Below are positions 47,619 to 57,172 of a stretch of 64,000 nt of DNA, piece by piece. The notes below the pieces were generated by a model, which worked only from the letters and a program-made list of their open reading frames with translations, ran no database searches and had not been told where the DNA came from. Positions within the stretch are counted from its first letter, which is position 1, and every line of letters begins with the position of its first letter. The translations under genes and the position numbers were made by a program. Location: contig JAEYPO010000038.1 in the NCBI GenBank assembly GCA_023410595.1, positions 18,220 to 82,219 of the forward strand, given 5' to 3'. Source of the DNA: Bacillota bacterium (GTDB taxonomy: Bacteria > Bacillota > Clostridia > Christensenellales > SZUA-584).

Positions 47619-48440
47619 ATGTACAGTATATTGATAGCCGGGGGCGATATGCGGCAGATAACGCTTGCAAAAATGCTCGAACAGAGAGGCTACAATGTTT
47701 ATATGACCGGGTTTGACAGGCAGGGGCTAAACAGAGAGGCGCTGTCAAAGCCGGACTATATTTTTCTTCCTATACCGTATAAAAACGAGGACGGGTCAAT
47801 TAAAGCGCCGTTTGCACAGAATGCTATGTACCTTAAAGACGTCGTAAACGAATATCCCGACAGCGTTTACATACTCGGCGGCTGCGACGCGGCGGCAAAG
47901 AATCTGTTCGGTGAAACTACACGATACTGTGACCTGATGCAGAACGAAGCGTATCAGACAAGGAACGCGCTGCTGACTGCGCAGGGTGCCCTTTGTGCGC
48001 ACCTTAAAAGCACCGATACCGCGCTTTGCGACATGACGTGTCTTGTTATAGGATACGGAAGGATAGGAAAATTCCTATGCAAACTGCTTCGGGCTTGCAG
48101 CGCTAATGTTATAGCGACGGCAAGAAAAGACAAGGACTTAGAGCTCATATGGATGGAGGGCTATCGGGCGCTGAGGACAAAGGACCTAAAGCAGGCGCTA
48201 CCCGAGTCGGACGTTATATTCAATACCGTGCCTTTTCACGTTATCGGAGAAGCGGAGATAGGGTGCGTCAAACACGGCGCGAGGTTTATAGAACTTGCTT
48301 CACCGCCTTACTGCATGGATATGGATATGGCTAAAAAAAGCGGGGTCAGCGTACAGATAGAGCAGGGCCTGCCGGGGCGGTATTTCCCGGCGTCGGCGGC
48401 AAAGGCCATACTGCGCGCATTTGAAGGAGAGGAACATTGA
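47619..48440 (+). CDS. dpaA: Dipicolinate synthase subunit A
   Basis: MYSILIAGGDMRQITLAKML..GY.V, a Rossmann segment VIGYGRIGK, and adjacency to dpaB. The 46-codon N-terminal extension in the track ORF lies in the repeat cluster and was removed. Confidence 0.85.
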   Translation: MYSILIAGGDMRQITLAKMLEQRGYNVYMTGFDRQGLNREALSKPDYIFLPIPYKNEDGSIKAPFAQNAMYLKDVVNEYPDSVYILGGCDAAAKNLFGETTRYCDLMQNEAYQTRNALLTAQGALCAHLKSTDTALCDMTCLVIGYGRIGKFLCKLLRACSANVIATARKDKDLELIWMEGYRALRTKDLKQALPESDVIFNTVPFHVIGEAEIGCVKHGARFIELASPPYCMDMDMAKKSGVSVQIEQGLPGRYFPASAAKAILRAFEGEEH

Positions 48441-49027
48441 TGGATCTGGCAGGAAAACGAATAGGTTTTGCGGTGACCGGTTCGTTCTGTACATATAAGC
48501 AGATAATGCCGGTTATTAAAGAATTGGTAGGCATCGGCGCGGACGTCGTGCCTATAGTGTCATATATCGCGGCCAGTATTGACACGCGTTTTATAAAAGC
48601 GGAGGATTTCAGGAATTTCCTCAGGGAGACGACGAATCATGAAATACTTGACAGCCTTGTCGAGGTCGAGCCCATCGGCCCCAAAAAGCTGCTCGACCTT
48701 GTCATAATCGCGCCGTGCACGGGAAATACGCTCGCCAAGCTCGCGTTAGGCATAACGGACACTCCGGTGGTGATGGCGGCAAAGTCGCACCTAAGAAACT
48801 CCCGGCCGGTGCTTATAGCTATATCCACGAACGACGCTCTCGCGGCGAACGCAAAAAATTTAGGATTGCTTTTGAATACGCGCAATGTATATTTTGTGCC
48901 GTACAGGCAGGATGATTCTGCCGGAAAGAGCACATCTATCGTCGCGGATATGAGCAAAATAATAGAAGCTGCGCAGTCGGCGCTCGAGGGAAAACAGATG
49001 CAGCCCGTCATGCTCGAGCCGCATTGA
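48440..49027 (+). CDS. dpaB: Dipicolinate synthase subunit B (flavoprotein family)
   Basis: GKRIGFAVTGSFCT...; IIAPCTGNTLAKLALGITDTPV; start overlaps the dpaA stop (TGATG). Confidence 0.9.
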   Translation: MDLAGKRIGFAVTGSFCTYKQIMPVIKELVGIGADVVPIVSYIAASIDTRFIKAEDFRNFLRETTNHEILDSLVEVEPIGPKKLLDLVIIAPCTGNTLAKLALGITDTPVVMAAKSHLRNSRPVLIAISTNDALAANAKNLGLLLNTRNVYFVPYRQDDSAGKSTSIVADMSKIIEAAQSALEGKQMQPVMLEPH

Positions 49028-49112
49028 AGGATAAACATAGCCTCTTAAGCTGATAATATAATTGCGCCCGGTTTTTTGGGGCGGCATGATATTGCTTTTT
49101 AGAGGCTTATAT

Positions 49113-49787
49113 ATGGAAAATAACGATAACGACGCGAATAAGCTGAAGCAGGGCGCGGAAATAAAAGAGTTCGGAACGCCCCTTACTCCCGTGTCTCCGA
49201 TACAGGTTGTAAGTATAATAGGGCAGATAGAGGGACATATAAACCTGCCCCCTGAAAACAAGGCGACAAAATACGAGCACATACTTCCACAGATAGTATT
49301 GATAGAACAAAACCCTGAAGTAAAGGGCATGATACTGCTGATGAACACCGCAGGCGGAGACGTGGAGGCGGGGCTCGCACTAGCCGAGATGATAGCCGGA
49401 ATGAGCAAACCGAGCGTTTCGCTTATATTGGGCGGAGGGCACAGCATAGGCATAACGCTTGCCGTGTCCACGACATATTCGTATATTTCGCCGACCGCGA
49501 GCGTTACCGTGCACCCCATACGCATGAACGGCACTATTATAGGCGTGCCGCAGACTTTTGACTATTTTGATAAGATGCAGCAGAGGATAGTAAAGTTCGT
49601 CTGCTCGCACTCGAAGATAAGAGAAGAAGAATACAGGCAGCTTATGATGCAAACAGGCGGGCTTGCGAACGATATGGGCACCGTGCTTGTAGGGAAAGAG
49701 GTCGTCGATTGCGGCATAATAGACGACGTCGGAACATTGGCGGACGCTACGCGCAAGCTCAAAAGCCTTGGGGGCATGCAGGAGTAA
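49113..49787 (+). CDS. tepA: ClpP-fold protein, TepA (translocation-enhancing protein)-like
   Basis: VVSIIGQIEGH........KYEHILPQIV.IE......G..LL.NT.GGDVEAGLA.AEMI; located immediately upstream of ftsK/spoIIIE, as in Bacillus. Confidence 0.75.
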   Translation: MENNDNDANKLKQGAEIKEFGTPLTPVSPIQVVSIIGQIEGHINLPPENKATKYEHILPQIVLIEQNPEVKGMILLMNTAGGDVEAGLALAEMIAGMSKPSVSLILGGGHSIGITLAVSTTYSYISPTASVTVHPIRMNGTIIGVPQTFDYFDKMQQRIVKFVCSHSKIREEEYRQLMMQTGGLANDMGTVLVGKEVVDCGIIDDVGTLADATRKLKSLGGMQE

Positions 49788-49829
49788 ATCGTTGTATATT
49801 TCAACCGGTATGGTATAATACTTACCGGG

Positions 49830-52181
49830 GTGAAGTATATGCCAAGAGGCGTTCCAAATAAAACAAAACGAGAGAAAGGGCACTTCGGCGAAGTCGCGGG
49901 GGTCATTTTTATTGCTCTCGGCATATTTCTTGGCATATGTATTTTCATGCATACAGATACGGGGATACTCGGCGGCGCGGTAAAGGACGTGCTGTTCGGC
50001 TTGCTGGGCCTAGTCGCGTATCTGGCGCCGTTTTTATTTGTTATCCTTGGTATATTAATAATCGCCGCACGCAAGAAGACGGTAAATAAAGGCAAGGTGT
50101 GGCTCGTAGTGCTGCTCGTTGTTTCTATATTGTCTCTCATACATACGTTCTCCCTTAAATGGCTGAATCAAAGCGATTTTATTGAATATGTAACCGGTTC
50201 GTATACCCTTGGAAGTCTCAATGGCGCCGGTTCGGGGGCCATTGGCTGCCTGCTGCTTTTCCCGTGCAACCTGCTTATAGGTAATATAGGCTGCGTAATA
50301 TTGTTTATTACTACGAGCCTTGTTTCCATACTCGTGCTTGCGAATCTCTCGATAAAGAGCATGAGCAAAAGCGTTGCCGACGTTGGAAAGAGAACGGTGG
50401 TCAAGGCTATAGAAAACGTTACGGAGCGAAAAAAGCGCCGCCTATATGTTGAGGACCTGCGCGAAGACCAGGAAGACGTTATATTATACGAGCCTGAGAT
50501 ACCGAACAGGGAAAGCTTCGAGAAGAGGAAGCACAAGAGCTTTTTTGATGACGAAGTTTATACCTCTGCCGACGCTTTGCATGAGGACGACGGACCTGCA
50601 ATCAGGCATGCCGGAAGCACGGGCAAAGGCGGCGGCAAAAGCGACGGCATAGTCATAGAATACTACGAGGACGAGGAAGACGGGGCGGGCAAAGATACGG
50701 AGAAAAAGAAGCGTGAGACGTGCGGCGTAAAGGGTGAGAAAAAAGCGTACACGCTGCCGCCGGTGACGCTGCTTTCCAAGCCTCAGGACAAGGTAAAGAC
50801 CACCGGCATGGAGGAACAGCGCAAGAACGCTCTGCTTATAGAAGAAACGCTCGCTAACTTCGGCGTGGAGGCGAAGGTAGTGCATATCGTTAAAGGGCCG
50901 GCGGTAACGAGGTATGAGCTGCGCCCCGCACCCGGCGTGCGCGTACGGCGCATAAAGGAGCTGGACAACGACCTTGCTATGACGCTTGCGGCAAAGGCGG
51001 TAAAGATAGAGGCGCCGATACCCGGCAAGGCTGCGGTGGGTATAGAGGTGCCCAATACCGACGTTACTTTCGTGCACCTGCGCTCTATGCTCGAGTCGGA
51101 CGAATTCAAGAACGCGAAGTCGCCGCTTACGTTCGCGCTCGGCAAGGATATAACGGGAAAGAATTTTTATGTAGATATCACGGCAATGCCGCACATACTT
51201 ATTGCCGGGGAAACGGGCAGCGGCAAGAGCGTATGTATCAATTCGCTGATAACGAGCATACTCTTTAAAGCAACGCCCGAAGACGTTAAGATGATACTTA
51301 TCGACCCCAAGGTCGTGGAGCTGTCGGGCTTTAAGAACATACCGCACCTTTTGGTGCCTGTCGTGACCGACCCGAAAAAAGCGGCGAGCGCGCTCAACTG
51401 GGCGGTGAGCGAGATGACCTCAAGGTACAAGATATTCGCCGAAAAGGGCGCGCGCGACATCAACAGGTATAACGGCATGGCGGGCGAGGAGGAAAAGCTT
51501 CCGCGCATTGTGGTTATAATAGACGAGCTTGCCGAGCTCATGATGGCTTGTCCGAGAGAAGTGGAAGACTCGATCTGCCGTATAGCCCAGCTTGGCAGGG
51601 CGGCGGGCATACACCTCGTGGTCGCGACGCAGCGCCCGTCCGTAAACGTCATTACGGGCCTTATAAAGGCCAACATATCTTCGCGCATCGCTTTTAAGGT
51701 CAACTCGGGCGTAGATTCGCGCACGATACTCGATCAGAACGGCGCGGAAAAGCTGCTGCGCAACGGGGACATGCTGTATCATCCGTCCGACGCAGCAAAG
51801 CCTATCAGGCTGCAGGGCTGCTATGTATCGGACAGCGATATCGAAACGGTAACCGAATACGTATCGGGCGGCGCAGATGCGGAGTTTGACGAGGATATGG
51901 TTTCCGACGTCGTGTCGGTCGCCGAGGAGGAAGAAGCTGACGGCGAGTATGACGAACTGCTGCCCAAAGCGGTGGAGATAGTGCTCGAATACGGGCAGGC
52001 TTCGATCTCTATGCTGCAGCGGCGGCTGCGTATAGGATACGCACGGGCGGCGAGGCTGGTGGACGAGATGGAAGTAAGAAAGATAGTAAGCCCGTTCGAG
52101 GGCAGCAAGGCAAGAAATGTACTCATAACATGGGATATGTACGAGGAGATGTTCGGCGCGGCAGATGAAGCAGAGCAATAA
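49830..52181 (+). CDS. ftsK: DNA translocase FtsK/SpoIIIE
   Basis: N-terminal TM helices, linker, motor domain with GETGSGKS Walker A, VVIIDELAELMM Walker B, and C-terminal gamma winged helix (ASISMLQRRLRIGYARAARLVDEME). The start may be the ATG at 49839. Confidence 0.95.
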   Translation: MKYMPRGVPNKTKREKGHFGEVAGVIFIALGIFLGICIFMHTDTGILGGAVKDVLFGLLGLVAYLAPFLFVILGILIIAARKKTVNKGKVWLVVLLVVSILSLIHTFSLKWLNQSDFIEYVTGSYTLGSLNGAGSGAIGCLLLFPCNLLIGNIGCVILFITTSLVSILVLANLSIKSMSKSVADVGKRTVVKAIENVTERKKRRLYVEDLREDQEDVILYEPEIPNRESFEKRKHKSFFDDEVYTSADALHEDDGPAIRHAGSTGKGGGKSDGIVIEYYEDEEDGAGKDTEKKKRETCGVKGEKKAYTLPPVTLLSKPQDKVKTTGMEEQRKNALLIEETLANFGVEAKVVHIVKGPAVTRYELRPAPGVRVRRIKELDNDLAMTLAAKAVKIEAPIPGKAAVGIEVPNTDVTFVHLRSMLESDEFKNAKSPLTFALGKDITGKNFYVDITAMPHILIAGETGSGKSVCINSLITSILFKATPEDVKMILIDPKVVELSGFKNIPHLLVPVVTDPKKAASALNWAVSEMTSRYKIFAEKGARDINRYNGMAGEEEKLPRIVVIIDELAELMMACPREVEDSICRIAQLGRAAGIHLVVATQRPSVNVITGLIKANISSRIAFKVNSGVDSRTILDQNGAEKLLRNGDMLYHPSDAAKPIRLQGCYVSDSDIETVTEYVSGGADAEFDEDMVSDVVSVAEEEEADGEYDELLPKAVEIVLEYGQASISMLQRRLRIGYARAARLVDEMEVRKIVSPFEGSKARNVLITWDMYEEMFGAADEAEQ

Positions 52182-53481
52182 TATTTATATATACGTCGTA
52201 TCGCTCGGGTGCGACAAGAACAGGATAGACACCGAGCATATGCTGGGAGTGCTTTCCGGCGGCAACGCTGTTATAGTGGACGCGCCTGACGGCGCGGATA
52301 TTATAATTATAAATACGTGCGGTTTTATAGACGAGGCAAAACAGGAGTCGATAGACACGATACTGGAGATGGCCGCGCTAAGGCAGCCGGGGGCAAAGCT
52401 GATTGTGACTGGCTGCCTTTCTCAAAGGTATGCAAAAGAGCTGAGCGCCGAGCTGCCCGAGGTGGACGCGTTTTTGGGTGTGGCGAGCTACAGCAGGATA
52501 TATGACGCTATACAGTCCGTGCTTGACGGCAGGAAGTATATTTGCTGCGACAGTATAGACGGCGAGCTTGAAGGCCGCGTGCTGACGACTCCGGGGCATC
52601 TTGCATACGTGCGCATAGCGGACGGCTGCTCGAACTGCTGCAGCTACTGTGCCATACCTCAGATAAGAGGCCCCTTAAAGAGCCGAAGCTTAAGGAGCAT
52701 ACTCAGAGAGATGGAAGACCTGCGAGAGGGAGGCGTTTCGGAGGCGATACTGATAGCGCAGGACACGACAAAGTATGGCGCGGACCTGGGCAGGAGGGCG
52801 CTTGATGAGCTGCTACGGGAAGCTGCGGACATAATGCGCGGCGGCTGGGTGAGAGTGCTGTATTGCTACCCCGAAGGCGTTACGGACAAGCTCATTGAAG
52901 TGATGCTGAAACACGGCAATATATTAAAGTACATGGACATACCTCTTCAGCACTTCAGCGACAGTGTGCTTAGCCGCATGAACAGGCGCAACACGAACGA
53001 GTCTTCGAGACGGCTCGTAACAAAACTGCACAAAGCTGGCTTTACGCTCCGTACGTCGCTGCTCGTGGGGTTCCCAGGAGAGACGGAAGACGATTTTGCG
53101 GAGCTGCTTGACTGCGTTGGCGAGCTTAAGATAGACAGACTGGGCGTGTTCAGGTATTCCGCCGAGGAAGGAACAAAGGCGGCAAAAATGCCAGGCCAAG
53201 TGCCGGACGAGGTAAAGCAGCAGCGGTATGAAGCCGTTATGGCGCTCCAGCAGGGGATATCGCTTCAGCTTGGGCGTGAGCGCATCGGGCATAAACTGCC
53301 TGTGATAGTCGACGGCATTGATGAGGAAACAGGACAGTACATCGGCAGGACGGCGGGGCAGGCCCCGCAGGTCGACGGTATAACATACATTTCGTCAAAA
53401 AAAGTATTGACTGCCGGCACGTTTCATGATGTGCTTATAAAAGATGCTTACGAATATGATTTTGCGGGAGAAATTGAATGA
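52165..53481 (+). CDS. rimO: Ribosomal protein S12 methylthiotransferase RimO (radical SAM MiaB family)
   Basis: SLGCDKN N-terminal cluster, CSNCCSYCAIP radical-SAM motif, C-terminal TRAM-like domain; 438 aa. Confidence 0.85.
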   Translation: MKQSNNIYIYVVSLGCDKNRIDTEHMLGVLSGGNAVIVDAPDGADIIIINTCGFIDEAKQESIDTILEMAALRQPGAKLIVTGCLSQRYAKELSAELPEVDAFLGVASYSRIYDAIQSVLDGRKYICCDSIDGELEGRVLTTPGHLAYVRIADGCSNCCSYCAIPQIRGPLKSRSLRSILREMEDLREGGVSEAILIAQDTTKYGADLGRRALDELLREAADIMRGGWVRVLYCYPEGVTDKLIEVMLKHGNILKYMDIPLQHFSDSVLSRMNRRNTNESSRRLVTKLHKAGFTLRTSLLVGFPGETEDDFAELLDCVGELKIDRLGVFRYSAEEGTKAAKMPGQVPDEVKQQRYEAVMALQQGISLQLGRERIGHKLPVIVDGIDEETGQYIGRTAGQAPQVDGITYISSKKVLTAGTFHDVLIKDAYEYDFAGEIE

Positions 53482-54023
53482 ATATAGCTAACAAGCTGAC
53501 GCTTTTAAGAGTCGCGCTTATACCTTTCTTTATAGCAGCATTTTACATTGGCTCCGGGTTCTGGAACTATTACGTCGCGGCTCTTATTTTTATAGGCGCT
53601 TCGGTTACCGACCTGTTTGACGGCGCGCTGGCCCGAAAGCGCAATATAGTTACGAAATTCGGAAAGCTTATAGACCCTATAGCTGACAAGCTGCTCGTTT
53701 GCAGCGCTCTGGTAATGCTTACCGCTATCGGCAGGATACATCCGGTATTCGTCATAGTGCTGATAGGCCGGGAGTTTATAGTAAGCGGTTTAAGGATGCT
53801 TGCCGCAGCGGACGGAAGGGTGATGGCCGCGGACAAGCTGGGAAAGCTTAAGACAGTGGTGCAGATAGTCATGGTCGTTGTGTTGCTGCTTTGGAACGGC
53901 ATATTTGGTGAGTGGATAGTTATATTCGGCATAGTGCTAATCTGGGCGAGCGTAGTGCTGTCCGTAGCATCGTGCGCAGATTATTTCATAAAAAACAAAG
54001 ATATCGTTAAAGACATGTTCTGA
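53478..54023 (+). CDS. pgsA: CDP-diacylglycerol--glycerol-3-phosphate 3-phosphatidyltransferase
   Basis: NKLTLLRV...; DLFDGALARKRN.VT.FGKLIDPIADKL CDP-alcohol phosphatidyltransferase motif. Confidence 0.9.
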   Translation: MNIANKLTLLRVALIPFFIAAFYIGSGFWNYYVAALIFIGASVTDLFDGALARKRNIVTKFGKLIDPIADKLLVCSALVMLTAIGRIHPVFVIVLIGREFIVSGLRMLAAADGRVMAADKLGKLKTVVQIVMVVVLLLWNGIFGEWIVIFGIVLIWASVVLSVASCADYFIKNKDIVKDMF

Positions 54024-54069
54024 TTTTCGGACTATTTGTATTATATAATATATTTCGGAGGTATTGGTA

Positions 54070-55089
54070 ATGTCGGTAGAAAAGGAAAAAGCGCTGGAGA
54101 TGGCGCTCGTACAGATAGAGAAGCAGTTCGGAAAAGGCACCGTGATGAAGCTGGGGGAAGCGGCAAGCGTACCGGTATCGGTGATACCGAGCGGATGCCT
54201 TGAGCTAGATATTGCGCTTGGTGTGGGCGGCGTGCCGAGGGGGCGCATCGTCGAGATATACGGCCCCGAGTCTTCCGGCAAGACGACTATGGCGCTTCAT
54301 ATGGTGGCGGAAGCCCAGAAACTGGGCGGAGCCGCCGCGTTCATCGACGCGGAGCATGCACTCGATCCGGCATACGCTAAAAACCTCGGCGTGGATACGG
54401 ACAACCTTTATGTTTCGCAGCCCGATACGGGGGAGCAGGCGCTGGAGATAACGGAAGCTTTAGTCAGAAGCGGAGCCATAGACATAATCGTTATAGACTC
54501 CGTCGCCGCGCTCGTGCCCAAGGCCGAGATAGACGGCGAGATGGGAGCGTCTCATGTAGGGCTTCAGGCAAGGCTGATGTCGCAGGCGCTGCGCAAACTC
54601 GCGGGAATCTTAAGCAAATCGAACACGATAGCGGTGTTTATAAACCAGCTGCGCGAGAAAGTCGGCATAATGTTTGGAAATCCCGAAACAACGCCGGGCG
54701 GCAGGGCGCTTAAATTCTATGCCTCCGTCCGCCTTGACGTAAGGCGCGTCGAGTCGATAAAGGATGGCGACAGCATCGTAGGCAACAGGACAAAGATCAA
54801 AGTCGCAAAAAACAAAGTCGCTCCGCCGTTTAAGACCGCAGAGTTCGATATATTTTACGGGCTGGGCGTTTCAGCCGAGAGCAGCATCATCAATCTCGGT
54901 ACTGAATTTGGCATCATCAAGAAATCAGGGTCGTGGTTCTATTATAATGAGCTGCGCATAGGCCAGGGCAAGGACAACGTGCGTACGTTCCTCAAAGAGA
55001 ACAGGGATGTGTTTGAAGAGATAAAGGGCAAGATACTTCAGAGCTGCAATCTTGGGAAACAGGCGCAAGAAGGAGCGCAGGAGGACTGA
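54070..55089 (+). CDS. recA: Recombinase RecA
   Basis: [26 protein letters not shown] Walker [21 protein letters not shown]. Start at the ATG behind GGAGG. Confidence 0.98.
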   Translation: MSVEKEKALEMALVQIEKQFGKGTVMKLGEAASVPVSVIPSGCLELDIALGVGGVPRGRIVEIYGPESSGKTTMALHMVAEAQKLGGAAAFIDAEHALDPAYAKNLGVDTDNLYVSQPDTGEQALEITEALVRSGAIDIIVIDSVAALVPKAEIDGEMGASHVGLQARLMSQALRKLAGILSKSNTIAVFINQLREKVGIMFGNPETTPGGRALKFYASVRLDVRRVESIKDGDSIVGNRTKIKVAKNKVAPPFKTAEFDIFYGLGVSAESSIINLGTEFGIIKKSGSWFYYNELRIGQGKDNVRTFLKENRDVFEEIKGKILQSCNLGKQAQEGAQED

Positions 55090-55127
55090 GCGGCATAGCA
55101 TGAGCGGCTGGTTATGAGTTTTAAACT

Positions 55128-55158
55128 AAAACGCCCTGCCAATTACGGAAGGGCGTTG
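55128..55158. terminator. Bidirectional terminator between recA and the first LCP gene
   Basis: AAAACGCCCTgccaattacggaAGGGCGTTGTTTG. Confidence 0.7.
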
Positions 55159-55171
55159 TTTGTTAAGGCGT

Positions 55172-56980
55172 TTAATCGAAATCCACGGGTATTTCGTTCT
55201 TCACATAATGCTGATTGGACGACGTCTTCTTGGGAGTATCGCCATATCTCACGTGCCAGAAATCCTTCCATTTATTACTGACGCCCAACTGGCTGCATAT
55301 CGACTGCACGTCGGTCTGCAATTGGGTGGTCGTACCCATAAATTCGTTATAGGACGATCTTGTTGCTCCCGACGTATTCCAATTCTTTATCTTGGAATAC
55401 GCGCTTTCCGTTCTGTTATACAGGTTCCAGATGTCGCCGCCGTCGGGGTATCTCCTGTAGCCGTCGCTGGGAACCGGGGGAGGCGCGGGCTGCGTCGGGT
55501 CTTCGGGGATTACGGGGTCGGGGTAAGGAGGAAGCGCCGCGTCCGCATCGAGTATTGACTTGACCTTGTCGAGCAAAGGCTTTGCCTTTTCGGTAGTAAC
55601 TTCTATCTGCATTTTCTCCCAAAGGCCTAAAGCGTATTTTAAGGAATAATGGCTGTAAGACGGGACCTCGATACTGTATTTCGATTCAAGCGCCGCTACG
55701 TCAGCGTCGTTTGATATATCATACCCGTAAACTTCTTTTATTATCTGCACGCGCTTCTTCTGGTCTGTCACGACAAAGTTCCAGTTGAAAAGCTTACTGA
55801 CCGATGAACCGTCCATAGAATACAGATTAATCTTGCTGGTGTCGGCAATAGCCGCGTATGCCGCGAGTGCGCCTGTGCTGGGAAGGTCTACGTTCGTTTT
55901 AAGGTTTCCGGTAAACGCCGCGAGTATATCGGGTATCTTTACAATCAGCCCAGAGTCCTTAAGCTTTTGCAGTATCGCGACAAGCATGTTCTTCTGGCGG
56001 TTTATGCGGTTAAGGTCTCCCGAATCATCCATGTTTTTTCTCGCACGCAGATAATCAAGCACCGCCTGTCCGTTCATAAACTGCATCCCCGCCTTATATG
56101 AGCGGCCCTGCATTTTAAAATCGACGTCGATGTTGAAATCCAGCCCGCCGATAGCATCCACAAGGCCTTTTACGGCCGACATATCTACAGCGTAGTAATA
56201 TTCTATAGGTATGTTGCCTATCATCCACGACGCGGCTTCGCGGACCTTTTTGCAGCCCCCCTCGGGGTTGTCCTTCCAGCCTCCGCCGCAGTCCATAGAC
56301 GCGTTAAGCTTATATATCCCTTCGACGCCGGGTATTTCGGCGTACGTATCGCGCGGAAGCGAAATAAGGTTTATACTGCCGGTCTGCTTGTTTATCGCGA
56401 GTACTATCATTACATCCGAATGAAACGCCTGCTTGCCTCCGTGGCTGATCCAATCCTCCGAATCGCGGTCGGGGGAGTAATCTACGCCTATGAGCAGTAT
56501 ATTGACCGTCTGCTCAAGTATGGTTGGGTCGCTCTTTGCAATAAGCTCGCCAAGCGGGTCAAGCGTAGGCGTTGGAGCGATGGTCGTGATAGCGCCTGCA
56601 GGCTGAGAAACAGCGGATGTGGGTGAATGCGACGTCTGCTCGGCAACTGTTTTAAACCTGCTCATAGGGTCAATAAACATTGACGCCAGAAATACACCGA
56701 GGCCCAGCACTACGGCGCCCAACACGCTTGCGGCTGATACGATTATCTTTTTCCGAAGGCTCCAGGGCTTCTTCAGTTTAAGCTTCAGCTTGCCGGATTT
56801 ACCGCCACCCGCCCCGGAGGCTGATATTTCTTCCGGCTGTATTTCGTTCTCGGCCGCGGGGTTTTTCACAAAACCGCTGCCTGAAGACGAAGCCTCGCGC
56901 TGGGAGGTTTCGTCTGTGGAAAGAATATTGTACTTAATATCGTCTTCATCCTTGCCGAATTTTTTGAACCATTTTTTCAT
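55172..56980 (-). CDS. LCP (LytR-CpsA-Psr) family phosphotransferase, paralog 1, with extended C-terminal domain
   Basis: Cytoplasmic tail, one TM. LCP core NILLIGVDY...HSDVMIVLAIN...INLISLPRDTY..IPG....KLN; Pro-rich linker; roughly 100-aa conserved C-terminal module ending NEIPVDFD. Confidence 0.85.
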   Translation of the reverse strand: MKKWFKKFGKDEDDIKYNILSTDETSQREASSSGSGFVKNPAAENEIQPEEISASGAGGGKSGKLKLKLKKPWSLRKKIIVSAASVLGAVVLGLGVFLASMFIDPMSRFKTVAEQTSHSPTSAVSQPAGAITTIAPTPTLDPLGELIAKSDPTILEQTVNILLIGVDYSPDRDSEDWISHGGKQAFHSDVMIVLAINKQTGSINLISLPRDTYAEIPGVEGIYKLNASMDCGGGWKDNPEGGCKKVREAASWMIGNIPIEYYYAVDMSAVKGLVDAIGGLDFNIDVDFKMQGRSYKAGMQFMNGQAVLDYLRARKNMDDSGDLNRINRQKNMLVAILQKLKDSGLIVKIPDILAAFTGNLKTNVDLPSTGALAAYAAIADTSKINLYSMDGSSVSKLFNWNFVVTDQKKRVQIIKEVYGYDISNDADVAALESKYSIEVPSYSHYSLKYALGLWEKMQIEVTTEKAKPLLDKVKSILDADAALPPYPDPVIPEDPTQPAPPPVPSDGYRRYPDGGDIWNLYNRTESAYSKIKNWNTSGATRSSYNEFMGTTTQLQTDVQSICSQLGVSNKWKDFWHVRYGDTPKKTSSNQHYVKNEIPVDFD

Positions 56981-57133
56981 GTGTTTTACTCCCTGAATTT
57001 ATGGATATAGTATATTACTTTAGACTGTAAAAATAAATAACAAGTTCCAAAACATGTTTAAATTTTACAAAATAATTACATCGTGCTACGGTTCTCTGCT
57101 GAAAAAGAAAACAAAGGTGCCCAAAATATAAAA

Positions 57134-57155
57134 CGCCCCTCTCCAAGGAGGGGCG
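57134..57155 (-). terminator. Intrinsic terminator of LCP paralog 2
   Basis: CGCCCCTCtccaagGAGGGGCG, followed on the minus strand by a T-rich run. Confidence 0.7.
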
Positions 57156-57172
57156 CCAAGAATGCCTTAATA

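Noticed and set aside
47345-47620. 91-aa minus ORF and the 46-codon N-terminal extension of the 47481 plus ORF
   Set aside because: Both are generated by the tandem repeat cluster, and their peptide sequences are themselves repetitive. dpaA has a normal MYSILIAGGDMR start at 47619.
48860-52178. Minus-strand ORFs 48860..49534, 49380..49952, 49562..50140, 50484..51347, 51420..52178
   Set aside because: All lie antisense to dpaB, tepA and ftsK, whose products carry diagnostic motifs. They are judged to be frame shadows.
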